Below, in pieces: positions 47,801 through 56,232 of a stretch of DNA of 64,000 bases. Under the pieces are notes generated by a model, which was given only the letters and a program-made list of their open reading frames with translations, did no database searches and was not told the origin of the DNA. This DNA is from Myxococcota bacterium (GTDB taxonomy: Bacteria > Myxococcota_A > SURF-8). The position numbers and the translations under genes are program-made. The stretch spans positions 5,344,001-5,408,000 of the forward strand of contig OZ223209.1 in NCBI GenBank assembly GCA_965140415.1, read 5' to 3'. Position 1 is the first letter of the stretch. Each line of letters begins with the position of its first letter.

Positions 47801-49106
47801 GTCTCCCATGCCGTCTGATGCCGCCTGCGATGACGACGATGCTTGTACCTATGATGATGCTTGCGATGGGATGGGAACCTGTTATGGGGAAGGCTACAAC
47901 TGCGAAGTGCGAACCTGCGATCTGTCCGCTGAGTGCGACGGACTGGGTGGTTGCACCCGCGACTACAAGGATCCCGGGACGGAGTGCAATGATGAGGATT
48001 CCTGTTCGATTTATGATGTTTGCCAGGAAGAAGGTGTATGCCTTGGAGAACCCAAGCCTTGCGTGACTCCGCCCATTCCGGACTGCATGGATGAAATGAA
48101 TATGCGATTGTACGAAACGCAGGGAGACTGTGACCCAGAAGTCGGCGATTGCGTTTACACTGAGCATGAATACCCCTGTGAAAGTGGTTGCGATCCCATC
48201 AGCGGGCTTTGTGTGGGAGGTATCTCGCTTGATTGCATGCAGGATCCGGGCATTGCCTGTCGTCTCACGCCCGGTTATCCTTCCTATGATCCTAACACCA
48301 ACGAGCCAATATGTGCCTACCCTCTAGCCGATGTTGGCACGGGATGCAACGATACAAATCTTTGTACGTATAACGATAGCTGCGATGAAAATGGATTATG
48401 CATCGGAACTGGCTACTCTTGTGCAGATGAACGTCCGTGTGTGATCAGTTCTGAATGCGATGGTCTCGGTGGTTGCGACGTGGTTCTGGAAATGGAAGGA
48501 ACGTCATGTGACGATAATGATCCCTGTACAACTTACGACCAGTGCGATGCATCCGGAGATTGTATCGGATCAGTCTATTCTTGTGACGATCAACAGGGGC
48601 CCTGTGTCGCCATGGTTACTTGTGACGGGTTAGGCGGTTGTGATGTTGAGCTAATGCCGGAAGACACGGAATGCGACGATGGTGATCCCTGCACATCGGG
48701 CGATGTCTGCACGGTATCGGGAGAATGTGTAGGTGAACCGGGCGTATGCATTGATGGTGATGACGATGTGAGTGGGGATGAAGACAATGATTCTCCTATT
48801 GACGGAGACTTGGACCAGGACAATGACGAGCAGCAGTCTGATGGCGATGTCGAGATAGATATCAGTGATCCCGTTGATGGTGACGAGTCAACGGATGGCG
48901 ACGAGTCGACCATCGATGGTGATGAGCCTAGTACCGATGGTGATGACTCAAGAATCGATGGTGATGATGACACAACAGCAACGGATAACGGCTCCGGCGG
49001 AGGTGGGTGTCAGTCTACTTCTTCGACAGGAATGGGTTTGCTTCTGTTCGGAATGAGCGTTCTCGCGCTGGTACGGATCCGAAGACGAAAACGGTTTTTG
49101 TCGTAG
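44811..49106 (+). CDS. Cys-rich repeat surface protein with single Kelch blade, IPT/TIG domain and MYXO-CTERM-like anchor
   Basis: Signal peptide ending AHA, many C.DG..CT.DD.CDG.G.C repeats, C-terminal GGGGC-hydrophobic-RIRRRKR. Confidence 0.85.
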   Translation: MKQTIGWMILAGLLLFPTLAHAGWSDGGSMSYVRYQHTATLLADGRLLVLGGSGATASGTTAEVLSLSGSTALDAPIITYAPGTAHPGDTITFTGSGFRSVGEGSSGNSQSSAADHPIVWLQYNSSKTYLTASVWNDANIEVTLPCSTDFHTYTLGVTVSGVSDSQSITIGGAGQGESCICDEACQYQYSNPDVCYESIGACTAGQCDYPPVNEGVFCNDGDPCTYDDVCDGAGSCEGTDYTCTPNQCQTASACDGEGGCNPTNKPNGTGCDDNNLCTLDDECSAGQCGGDPKICDTPNIAFCQDSATSIVYNTIGACDHSDGECDYTYNEIDCSLGCGGGCNEITGLCNGDPCCGVVCEDPPNSFCFSSTGTCSGGACSYSQSTPGTSCNDGNSCTYSSTCDAAGNCEGLDRPAGYACNDGNACSYGDICDGEGTCAGATVYTCPEPTQCEVSVVCDGTGGCTHTYKTNGTTCNDGLNNTRNDRCDGEGGCAGDFYVCTPTQCEATSTPNGVDCTVTYKTGGTSCNDGAACTHTDECDGAGNCGGTSYTCPSPNDCEISVTCDGQGGCSHNYRNQGYACTSDNLSCTNDICDGVGTCTHALQNDKCLIDETCYASNVANPGNECTGCNPANSQNSWSNLQQGTACDDDAFSCTNDICDGEGECTHPVQTNRCLIGGQCYSPGASNPSNACEECTPTDSQSAWSDSDQGKACEADAFSCTNDICDGEGTCTHPVQTDKCLVDGTCYANGAAQPGEECIGCVSALSQSTWNNLPLDTTCNDDVSCTHSDVCDGFGVCEGTDYECEAPNQCEVSVNCDGQGGCDREYKTSGTVCDDSTDCTYSDVCDGAGSCAGTAYACSEPTQCEVSVVCDGQGDCIVTDQPSGFVCDDGVDCTHADICDGAGTCAGTSYTCRDPEECELAVNCDGLGGCEPDNTPHGEACTADELACTADICDGSGDCVHEPTSDTCLIDGVCYNDGTRNPNNQCQRCASGQSQTEWSPMPSDAACDDDDACTYDDACDGMGTCYGEGYNCEVRTCDLSAECDGLGGCTRDYKDPGTECNDEDSCSIYDVCQEEGVCLGEPKPCVTPPIPDCMDEMNMRLYETQGDCDPEVGDCVYTEHEYPCESGCDPISGLCVGGISLDCMQDPGIACRLTPGYPSYDPNTNEPICAYPLADVGTGCNDTNLCTYNDSCDENGLCIGTGYSCADERPCVISSECDGLGGCDVVLEMEGTSCDDNDPCTTYDQCDASGDCIGSVYSCDDQQGPCVAMVTCDGLGGCDVELMPEDTECDDGDPCTSGDVCTVSGECVGEPGVCIDGDDDVSGDEDNDSPIDGDLDQDNDEQQSDGDVEIDISDPVDGDESTDGDESTIDGDEPSTDGDDSRIDGDDDTTATDNGSGGGGCQSTSSTGMGLLLFGMSVLALVRIRRRKRFLS

Positions 49107-49121
49107 TCTTAATGTTATCGC

Positions 49122-49141
49122 CGGGGAGGCAAACCTCCCCG
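49122..49141 (+). terminator. Hairpin after MYXO-CTERM gene
   Basis: CGGGGAGG-CAAA-CCTCCCCG. Confidence 0.5.
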
Positions 49142-49178
49142 AGCGTTCTTAAAGCAAAAAAGAAAACTGGACATAGCG

Positions 49179-52100
49179 ATGATGACAAAGATGAAATGTA
49201 AGATGGCCTTACTATGCGTTATTGTTCTTTTCCATATTTTCGGATTGTCGGCCTGTTCCCAAGAGGTGCAGACACCAACGAATGCGAAGACCTGGGAAGA
49301 CGAAGAATTAGGCCGGTTGGAGTTGGCCTCCACGAACCTAGGAACTGGCCGCACGGCACATACGGCGACGTTGTTGACCGATGGCCGGGTGCTGGTTGTC
49401 GGCGGATCGACGGATGCCAGGGCGGAGATTCTGGACCAGAACGGAGCAAATCCGCAATTCACCGGCGCGTTGTCCACCAACCGCCTGAGCCATGCCGCCA
49501 TGCTGCTGCAAAATGGCAATGTCTGGGTGGTTGGCGGTGTTGAAGGCGTCAGTAACTACTTGGCCTCCACGGAGCTGTTTGATCCGGCTATTGGAACCTT
49601 TTCTGCCGGTCCAAATCTGACCACCGCCCGGAAATCGCCAACCTTGAATCTGCTGCGAAATGGCAAGGTTCTTGTCTGCGGCGGACAGAGCAGTTTCAGC
49701 GGCTATCTGAACACTTGCGATCTGTACGATCCGACCGGTGGAATCGTGACAGCGGTTCCGGGAACCATGCAGGAAGCCCGTGCGGGACACACGGCAGTGC
49801 TGCTACAGGATGGCAATGTCTTGATCTGCGGTGGACTTCGGGCTGCCAGCACTCCCAATGCCACCTGCGATCGCTATAACGCTGACTCAAATAACCTGAC
49901 GGCAGTACAACCAATGAATGCAGGGCGGGCGGCCCATACGGCAACAGTGCTAGCAGATGGCCGGGTGTTGGTCGTTGGCGGGCGTTCGGTTACGACAACG
50001 TTGGCAAGCGCGGAAATATACGATCCGAATGAGAACACCTGGTCGGATGGTGGTTCCCTATCTCAGGCACGGCAGTCGCATTCGGCGACGCTGCTTCCTG
50101 ATGGTTCTGTTGTGGTGGCTGGCGGGTATTCGGGAAGTCAGGCACTAAACTCTGTTGAGATATACACCGCTTTCGCTCCCCAAGCCGGTGAGCCCTGCTC
50201 CTTCGGCGCGGTGAATGCCGATGCGGGGGGCTGCGATACCGATTTGATCTGTATTGGTCTGCATGCCAATGCTAGCAGTACTCAGCCAGTTCCCTGCACG
50301 AGCGCGGCCGACTGTACATCTGTTGGCGGCAGCACCGGCGTATGCGCGGAAGCCTACTGTGGTGTTTCCTGGTGCGCGGAAGTCTGTACCGCGGATGCTG
50401 ACTGTACCGCTCCCGGCTATGGCGGCGGTTGCTGTGGTCCGGTCGGCAGCGACACCATGTGTTATATTTCCGATTTCTGTGGTGGCAGCGCGGGAGATCA
50501 GGCAGCCGGTGAACCCTGCACCTTTGGCGTGGTGAATGCCGATGCAGGGGGTTGCGATACCGATTTGAGCTGTATTGGTCTGCATGCCAATGCCAGTTCG
50601 ACCATACCTGCTCCTTGCGCCGAGGATGCCGACTGTAAAGCGGACCTCGGCAGCACGGCGGTCTGTGCCGGTGGTTACTGTGGCGTGTCCTGGTGTGCGG
50701 AAGACTGCACCACCGACGATGATTGTACTGCTGCCGGTTACGGAACCAACGGCGGCTGCTGTGGTCCGGTGGGCACCGACACCATGTGTTACATCAACGA
50801 TTTCTGTAACTCAGTTGTTGACGGAGACGAAGAGGCTGAGACAAGCTATTCTTTACCAACACCGGGCGACGTGATTTTCACGGAGTTTTTGGCAAATACT
50901 ACAGGTTCAGTCGCTGAGCAACTCGGTGAATGGCTTGAAATTTACAACATGACCGACGAGACCTTGAGCCTGGGTGGTTTGACCCTGTGCGATTCTTCCG
51001 ATGCAAACTGCGAAGTTCTGCCGATGGAATTGATGATCGGTCCCAATGAAACCCTGCTGTTTGCGGGTTCGGCAAATCCTGCGGAAAACGGCGGACTGAC
51101 CAACGTGGCCTATGATTTCGCGTTTTCGCTGAATAACAGCGGCGATGCGCTGCGTCTGTTTGATGGTGGTGCCACGGGCACGCTGATCAATTCGGTGGAT
51201 GCAACGACTTGGTCACAGGATGCCGGCTATTCCTGGCAGTTGGATGTGGATTACTACGATCCGATATACAACGATGATGCCGTGTACTGGTGCCATTGCG
51301 CTAACGAGTACGTGGCCGATGGCCCGCACTTCGGAACTCCGGGAGCGATGAATGTCAGTTGTACGGTGGTTGACGGCGACGTGGTCGATGGTGACGTGGT
51401 TGACGGTGACGTGGTTCTCGGTGATTGCTGTACTCCGCATGAAACCGGCGGTTGCAGCGACACGGCTATCAATGATTGTGTGTGCTTCTATGACAGTTGG
51501 TGCTGTGATACGATCTGGGATGCAATTTGCATGAGTGAAGTCGAGTTTTTCGAATGCGGCAGCTGTGGTGGTACCGATGGTGACCTTGACACTGATGAAG
51601 AAAGCGACGGCGAGTTGGAACCCTGTACGGACAATACCTATTGCAATAACAATGGCTATTGCTGGGGTAACAACACCTACTGTAACTGTTTGACACCGTT
51701 TGCCGGTGCAACCTGCGATGCCTGCGCGCCCGATCATGAAAACTACCCGGACTGCTTGATTACCTGCGGCGGAGGCTTGTCGCTTCTGGCGACGATCGAC
51801 CTGAACGGTAATAGCTATGGCGCCGTTATCAAAGACGGTTATCTGATTGTGGCCGAAGGCGAAACGCTGGTCAGCTATCTGCTGCTGGATATGGCCTCCC
51901 CGGTAATGATCGACAGTGTCCAGCTTAGCGATTCCATCTTCGGCCTTGCTCGCAAGGACAACTATGTCTACGCGACCACAAACCTGAACGGACTGGGAAT
52001 CGTCGACGTCAGCGACCCGGCAAATCTGGGTACACCGATTTATCAAGGTGACCTGGGCCAGCTGCGCGATTTGGCTATTGCCGGAAACTATGCCTATACG

Positions 52101-52679
52101 CACGTGCTTTTCTATGGCTTCCACATTGTCGATATCAGCACGCCCACCAGCCCAAGCAAGGTCAATTTTGTCAACATCAGTGGCGCAACAGGCCTGGATG
52201 CGGTCGGCAACTACGTGTACGTCGCCTGGCGTACGCTCAACCCGGAAGAAGGTGGCTTGGCGATCGTTGAGGTGTCCGACCCCAACAGTCCCGGCACACC
52301 CGCCATCGAGAACACCGAAACAGTCGTCGATGACTGGAAATCTGCCAGTAAAGTCAACGTAAACGGCAGCTACGCCTTTGTCGCTAATAGGGAATCAGGC
52401 TTGGCGATCATCGATGTGGACGATCCGGTAGACCCTGGTATGCCGACCTATGTGCCCGGCATCAGCGCCGAGTTAATCCATGTCCAGGGCGGCGTTGCCT
52501 ATGTCGGCGGTTACAGTGGTTTCAGGACTGTGGACGTGACCAACCCGGCCGCACCGGGCGTGCCCAACGATCTGATCGACAGCGGCAATGTCAGTAGCCT
52601 AAACGTGCAGGCGGGTTACCTGCTGCACACTAACGCTATCGATTCCAAACTCCAGATATGGGAAATCACTTGCCCGTAG
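49179..52679 (+). CDS. Kelch-propeller lipoprotein with duplicated Cys domain, lamin-tail domain, EGF and LVIVD repeats
   Basis: LSAC lipobox, Kelch module, GDVIFTEFLAN..EWLEIYN..LNNSGD..GTPG (LTD), GL.IVDVSDP repeats. Confidence 0.85.
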   Translation: MMTKMKCKMALLCVIVLFHIFGLSACSQEVQTPTNAKTWEDEELGRLELASTNLGTGRTAHTATLLTDGRVLVVGGSTDARAEILDQNGANPQFTGALSTNRLSHAAMLLQNGNVWVVGGVEGVSNYLASTELFDPAIGTFSAGPNLTTARKSPTLNLLRNGKVLVCGGQSSFSGYLNTCDLYDPTGGIVTAVPGTMQEARAGHTAVLLQDGNVLICGGLRAASTPNATCDRYNADSNNLTAVQPMNAGRAAHTATVLADGRVLVVGGRSVTTTLASAEIYDPNENTWSDGGSLSQARQSHSATLLPDGSVVVAGGYSGSQALNSVEIYTAFAPQAGEPCSFGAVNADAGGCDTDLICIGLHANASSTQPVPCTSAADCTSVGGSTGVCAEAYCGVSWCAEVCTADADCTAPGYGGGCCGPVGSDTMCYISDFCGGSAGDQAAGEPCTFGVVNADAGGCDTDLSCIGLHANASSTIPAPCAEDADCKADLGSTAVCAGGYCGVSWCAEDCTTDDDCTAAGYGTNGGCCGPVGTDTMCYINDFCNSVVDGDEEAETSYSLPTPGDVIFTEFLANTTGSVAEQLGEWLEIYNMTDETLSLGGLTLCDSSDANCEVLPMELMIGPNETLLFAGSANPAENGGLTNVAYDFAFSLNNSGDALRLFDGGATGTLINSVDATTWSQDAGYSWQLDVDYYDPIYNDDAVYWCHCANEYVADGPHFGTPGAMNVSCTVVDGDVVDGDVVDGDVVLGDCCTPHETGGCSDTAINDCVCFYDSWCCDTIWDAICMSEVEFFECGSCGGTDGDLDTDEESDGELEPCTDNTYCNNNGYCWGNNTYCNCLTPFAGATCDACAPDHENYPDCLITCGGGLSLLATIDLNGNSYGAVIKDGYLIVAEGETLVSYLLLDMASPVMIDSVQLSDSIFGLARKDNYVYATTNLNGLGIVDVSDPANLGTPIYQGDLGQLRDLAIAGNYAYTHVLFYGFHIVDISTPTSPSKVNFVNISGATGLDAVGNYVYVAWRTLNPEEGGLAIVEVSDPNSPGTPAIENTETVVDDWKSASKVNVNGSYAFVANRESGLAIIDVDDPVDPGMPTYVPGISAELIHVQGGVAYVGGYSGFRTVDVTNPAAPGVPNDLIDSGNVSSLNVQAGYLLHTNAIDSKLQIWEITCP

Positions 52680-52767
52680 CCGTGGGAAGCTCCTACAACG
52701 TAGCCGTTGGTACCTAAAAACTCCATCCAGGCACGATTTGGCGTTGATCGCTTAACGCGAACTAACT

Positions 52768-53040
52768 TTGTGGACCTGGAAGCAATGCGCTACTATGACT
52801 GGGAACGACGGGAAAGCCGACGATCCAGGTTCCACCGTTTCGCGGGGCATGTCCTACGTGGGCTCCGTCGGTAGTGGCGTCTACATTTTTGACGTATCTG
52901 ACCCCACAAATCCAGGTGGCCTTACCAATTATGGTGACGACATGAGCTCGGAAGTGAAAGTGAATTCCGGATATCTGCTGAACACCGAATCCTTCAAAAA
53001 GTACCTGCACATTTACCGGATTATCTGTCCCGTGGAATAG
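52768..53040 (+). pseudogene. Orphan LVIVD C-terminal fragment paralogous to the end of the upstream gene
   Basis: YVG...GVYIFDVSDPTNPG...VNSGYLLNT...LHIYRIICP versus VQAGYLLHT...LQIWEITCP. Confidence 0.6.
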
Positions 53041-53462
53041 TAAACCTTGCTGATCTGCCGGACAGAGACGTCTCAAAACTCCGTAAAATCCTGAGCAAGC
53101 CGGGACAGCAAAGTAAAAATACCTGCAGTCGGCTATCTGTGTTCCAATGACCAAAACAACCGCCATGCTGATGATGTATATTATAGTTTGAGAAGGGCAA
53201 TTCTAAGCGATATCGTATATGGCCCCTTCGCAACATCGCAATACAAAGGCCAATGGATGTCTATAACGGATGAACCAGTCTACTTGATCGACGGAAGACA
53301 TATTGTCAATCTCTACGACCACGGAAGCACTGGGGTGGGATGTATCGGGCAGGGATCAAAATGGGTATTCGTGGATTCTGTGCGGGTGTTGTGGGATCAT
53401 TAGCGAAGATTTGGGCTAGGTAAAAGAAGAGGTTTTGGCCTCTTCCCGAAAAAGGCTTCGGG

Positions 53463-54317
53463 TCAAACACCCGAAACCGATCCTTCTTGATTGAAGTATC
53501 CGCATTCCCCCAGCACCTGCAACACCGACCAGGGATCGATTGCCCGGCCATCGCCGCCGAGGACGCTGTCAAGGATGACCCAGAACTCGTCAAGATCGCC
53601 CTGCCAGTCCTCAACGGCGTCTAGCAGCTCCGCCGCCTGGTCAGGATTCAGGCCGACGAGTTGCAGTTCGGTGAAAAGGTCGTCGTCGGGTGCCGTGTTG
53701 CCGGTATGTTCGGTGAATCTGCGATCCAGGCCGAAGCTGAGATCGAATTCCTCATCAGGCCAGACCAGCCCCCAGGGCGCAGTTGGCGCGTGGACCTTGT
53801 CGCGCAACTCCTTTTCCAGCACCTCATCGCGCTCGACGGAGGCCAGGAAACCGACTTTGATCTGATCGACCGTGATGCGCCAGGGCGCGTACAGGTCCAA
53901 CCGAGCGCGGAAGTGGCCTTGCCGATTCGTCACGATGCTGAGCAGCCAGTCGCTGTTGTCCATCTGCTCGATGGTGTCCGCGTCCTCCGACGACCAGAAG
54001 CAGTTCATGTCGGCGTGGCTGTGCGCCCAGCAACGCAGGTCGGACACGTCGTATTCGGCTTTTACCAGTTCAGTCATCAGCGCGCCCATGCTCTCGCGGT
54101 CGGGCGAGGTGTGGCTGTCCGTGCAGGTCTGCTCCGGCAGGAGGAACGTTTTCACGATGATAGCGCTGCTGTCGGGATCGAGTTCAGTCACCCCGAAACA
54201 GCTGAACTCACCACGTGCCGCCTGCGTCCACACGCGCAACTGCTTTTCTGCTTCAGCCGACAGCAGCACTCTCGGCATTCGCATCGTCAGCTTCCGTTTC
54301 GTCTCCATCGGCTCCAT
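53463..54317 (-). CDS. JAB/MPN+ metallo-isopeptidase (prokaryotic DUB-like)
   Basis: GEFSCFG (catalytic Glu) and WAHSHADMNCFWSSED (HxH-x7-S-x2-D). Start re-placed near 54317-54278. Confidence 0.88.
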   Translation of the reverse strand: MEPMETKRKLTMRMPRVLLSAEAEKQLRVWTQAARGEFSCFGVTELDPDSSAIIVKTFLLPEQTCTDSHTSPDRESMGALMTELVKAEYDVSDLRCWAHSHADMNCFWSSEDADTIEQMDNSDWLLSIVTNRQGHFRARLDLYAPWRITVDQIKVGFLASVERDEVLEKELRDKVHAPTAPWGLVWPDEEFDLSFGLDRRFTEHTGNTAPDDDLFTELQLVGLNPDQAAELLDAVEDWQGDLDEFWVILDSVLGGDGRAIDPWSVLQVLGECGYFNQEGSVSGV

Positions 54318-55800
54318 CTTCTTGCTTGTCATCGTCTTCTTCATCTTCGTCAACCCAGGCGCTGCATTCGGATCGGTGCTCGCAGTCCGGGCATTCGGGT
54401 TCGTTTCGTTCACGGCAGTCATCTTCATCCTCCGGGTGTAAGGCGCACCATTCGCGGTGGCACTGTAAGCATTCGTAAGGCCCGCCATCGTTGCGGCAAT
54501 CGTCGCGCACGTCATCGAGATACGGACAGCGGGAATCCCCGCAGTCCAGGCACTCGCTGGGTGAGCTGTTTTCGTTGCAGCGCTCCCAGCGGCTGTCCCA
54601 GTGCGGGCAATCGCGGTCGTTGCATTCGGTGCAGCTGGCCTCTCCCGCATCAAGGCAGTCGTCGTATTCATCACGATCTTCGTCGAACCATTGAACGTAC
54701 GGGTCCAGCGGGTTGTAGCTGGTGATGTATTCGTCGAGCAAGAGTAGCAGCGTTCCCCATTCGCGCTGGGCCATGAGCTTGTTTACGTCGTCGCCGATAT
54801 TGCCCAAACACGGGCTGCCCTGTGTGGAAATGTGCGGATGGAAGTAATCCCCGCGCCATTCGTTGTTACCGACGGCTTCAAACTTAATCAGTTCCTTGCC
54901 GGTCAATTCGATCCGGCAGCGGATGTCGCCCAGTTCTGATGTTTCTCCCGAATCCGGATCTTCGATCTGCACGTCGGTATGCACGGCAACCAGTTCTGTG
55001 TCGCTGATGCTGATGGACTGGAATCGCTCACCGACGAGGGATTGCAACTGCTGACTGATGCGCTTGACCGCAGCTTCCGTCCGTCCGCACTTCTCGTTGA
55101 CGGCCAAACGGAGCAATCTTTCCTGCTCTCTTTGCTGTGTCAACGTGGCAATCAGGCGATTGTACTGCCGGGATAACTCTTGCAGGTTGCTTTCGTTATC
55201 ACGGATATCCTGTTGGGTGCGTTCCAAACTCTGACGCGAGAGCGCGCCGTAGAAGCTGCCAAAGCGGTGCGCTGTCTCAAGCGGATTGGGCGTCCGCATG
55301 GCATTCCGGCAGGCCCAGTCGAAGCCGTCCTTGAAGATGTGGGCCAGCAGGGAGCGCTTGGCTCCGAAGGTGACCTCCAGACCATTCTGAAACCGGATGC
55401 TGTTTTCATCGATGCGACCGATGTACAGGGTCGAACCGTCCAGCGTCCACGCGCCATGTACGTACGGCACTTGGATGTCGTCGAATTTGCCGAGGGAGAT
55501 CCAGTGTTTCCTATCCTCGTTCAGCAGTTTGCGTTTCTGGCCCATCACTGCCACGTTTACCGGAGCCAGATAGAATCGGAAATCATCGTCGATGTCGTTC
55601 AGCGTGACCAGCGCGGTCACCTCGTATTCGCGGCTGGTGACGATGGTCACCACCCGGCCGAGAGTGTACGCCGCATCCGAGCGGTCATCTTCCTTTACCT
55701 GGACGATGGGACGCTGGTCGGCGGGAAAGTCCAGCAGCCATTTCTGCATGAGCGCCCGAAAAATCTCCGGAATGCGGGTGGTATCGTTGAGATGTTCCAT
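54253..55800 (-). CDS. E2-like (UBC-fold) protein with coiled coil and C-terminal Cys-rich repeats
   Basis: AGGAGG RBS before ATG 55800. YFHPHISTQGSPCLGN resembles the E2 HPN...G.ICL active site. Four CxxC-x4/5-C repeats follow. Confidence 0.75.
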   Translation of the reverse strand: MEHLNDTTRIPEIFRALMQKWLLDFPADQRPIVQVKEDDRSDAAYTLGRVVTIVTSREYEVTALVTLNDIDDDFRFYLAPVNVAVMGQKRKLLNEDRKHWISLGKFDDIQVPYVHGAWTLDGSTLYIGRIDENSIRFQNGLEVTFGAKRSLLAHIFKDGFDWACRNAMRTPNPLETAHRFGSFYGALSRQSLERTQQDIRDNESNLQELSRQYNRLIATLTQQREQERLLRLAVNEKCGRTEAAVKRISQQLQSLVGERFQSISISDTELVAVHTDVQIEDPDSGETSELGDIRCRIELTGKELIKFEAVGNNEWRGDYFHPHISTQGSPCLGNIGDDVNKLMAQREWGTLLLLLDEYITSYNPLDPYVQWFDEDRDEYDDCLDAGEASCTECNDRDCPHWDSRWERCNENSSPSECLDCGDSRCPYLDDVRDDCRNDGGPYECLQCHREWCALHPEDEDDCRERNEPECPDCEHRSECSAWVDEDEEDDDKQEDGADGDETEADDANAESAAVG

Positions 55801-55870
55801 GAAACCTCCTGTAAAAATGCGAACGGCGGAAGGTTTCCCCTCCGCCGCTCTGGTCCTGACCTCCTTTCGG

Positions 55871-56134
55871 CTACTGGTGGAACGCCACGCCACCGTCGAC
55901 CTTCGGCGTGAGCGCGATGATGTCGCCGTCGTCGGGACGTTCGTGCAATTGGGTGTGGACGCCGTTCAGCGTCGCCATGTAGCCTTCGCTCTGAAAGCCC
56001 GCCGAGAGGAGAGCGTCGGCGATAGTGCCGCCGGCGGGAATGGTGGTAACCTTCTGCCTGCCGATGCTGACGACGGTGATGCGGATGCCATGATTGCGGG
56101 ACTGGGACTGCTGGTCATTCTGGTTTTGGTCCAT
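55871..56134 (-). CDS. Ubiquitin-like (ThiS/MoaD beta-grasp) protein with GG plus 5-residue extension
   Basis: AGGAGG RBS. TIADAL...LNG.....DGDIIALTPKVDGG|VAFHQ. Confidence 0.85.
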   Translation of the reverse strand: MDQNQNDQQSQSRNHGIRITVVSIGRQKVTTIPAGGTIADALLSAGFQSEGYMATLNGVHTQLHERPDDGDIIALTPKVDGGVAFHQ

Positions 56135-56232
56135 GATTTCCTCCTAGGATTGGAATGATGGGCGTTGGCCCGGATAGAACGCCATCGGGATGGCGATTGT
56201 CGGAATGGTTCGGTGGTGTACGTACAGGTTCG

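Noticed and set aside
53463-54674. 403-aa version of the JAB ORF
   Set aside because: The first ~120 aa are Ala/Thr-rich read-through overlapping the E2 Cys repeats in another frame. The real start is near 54317-54278.
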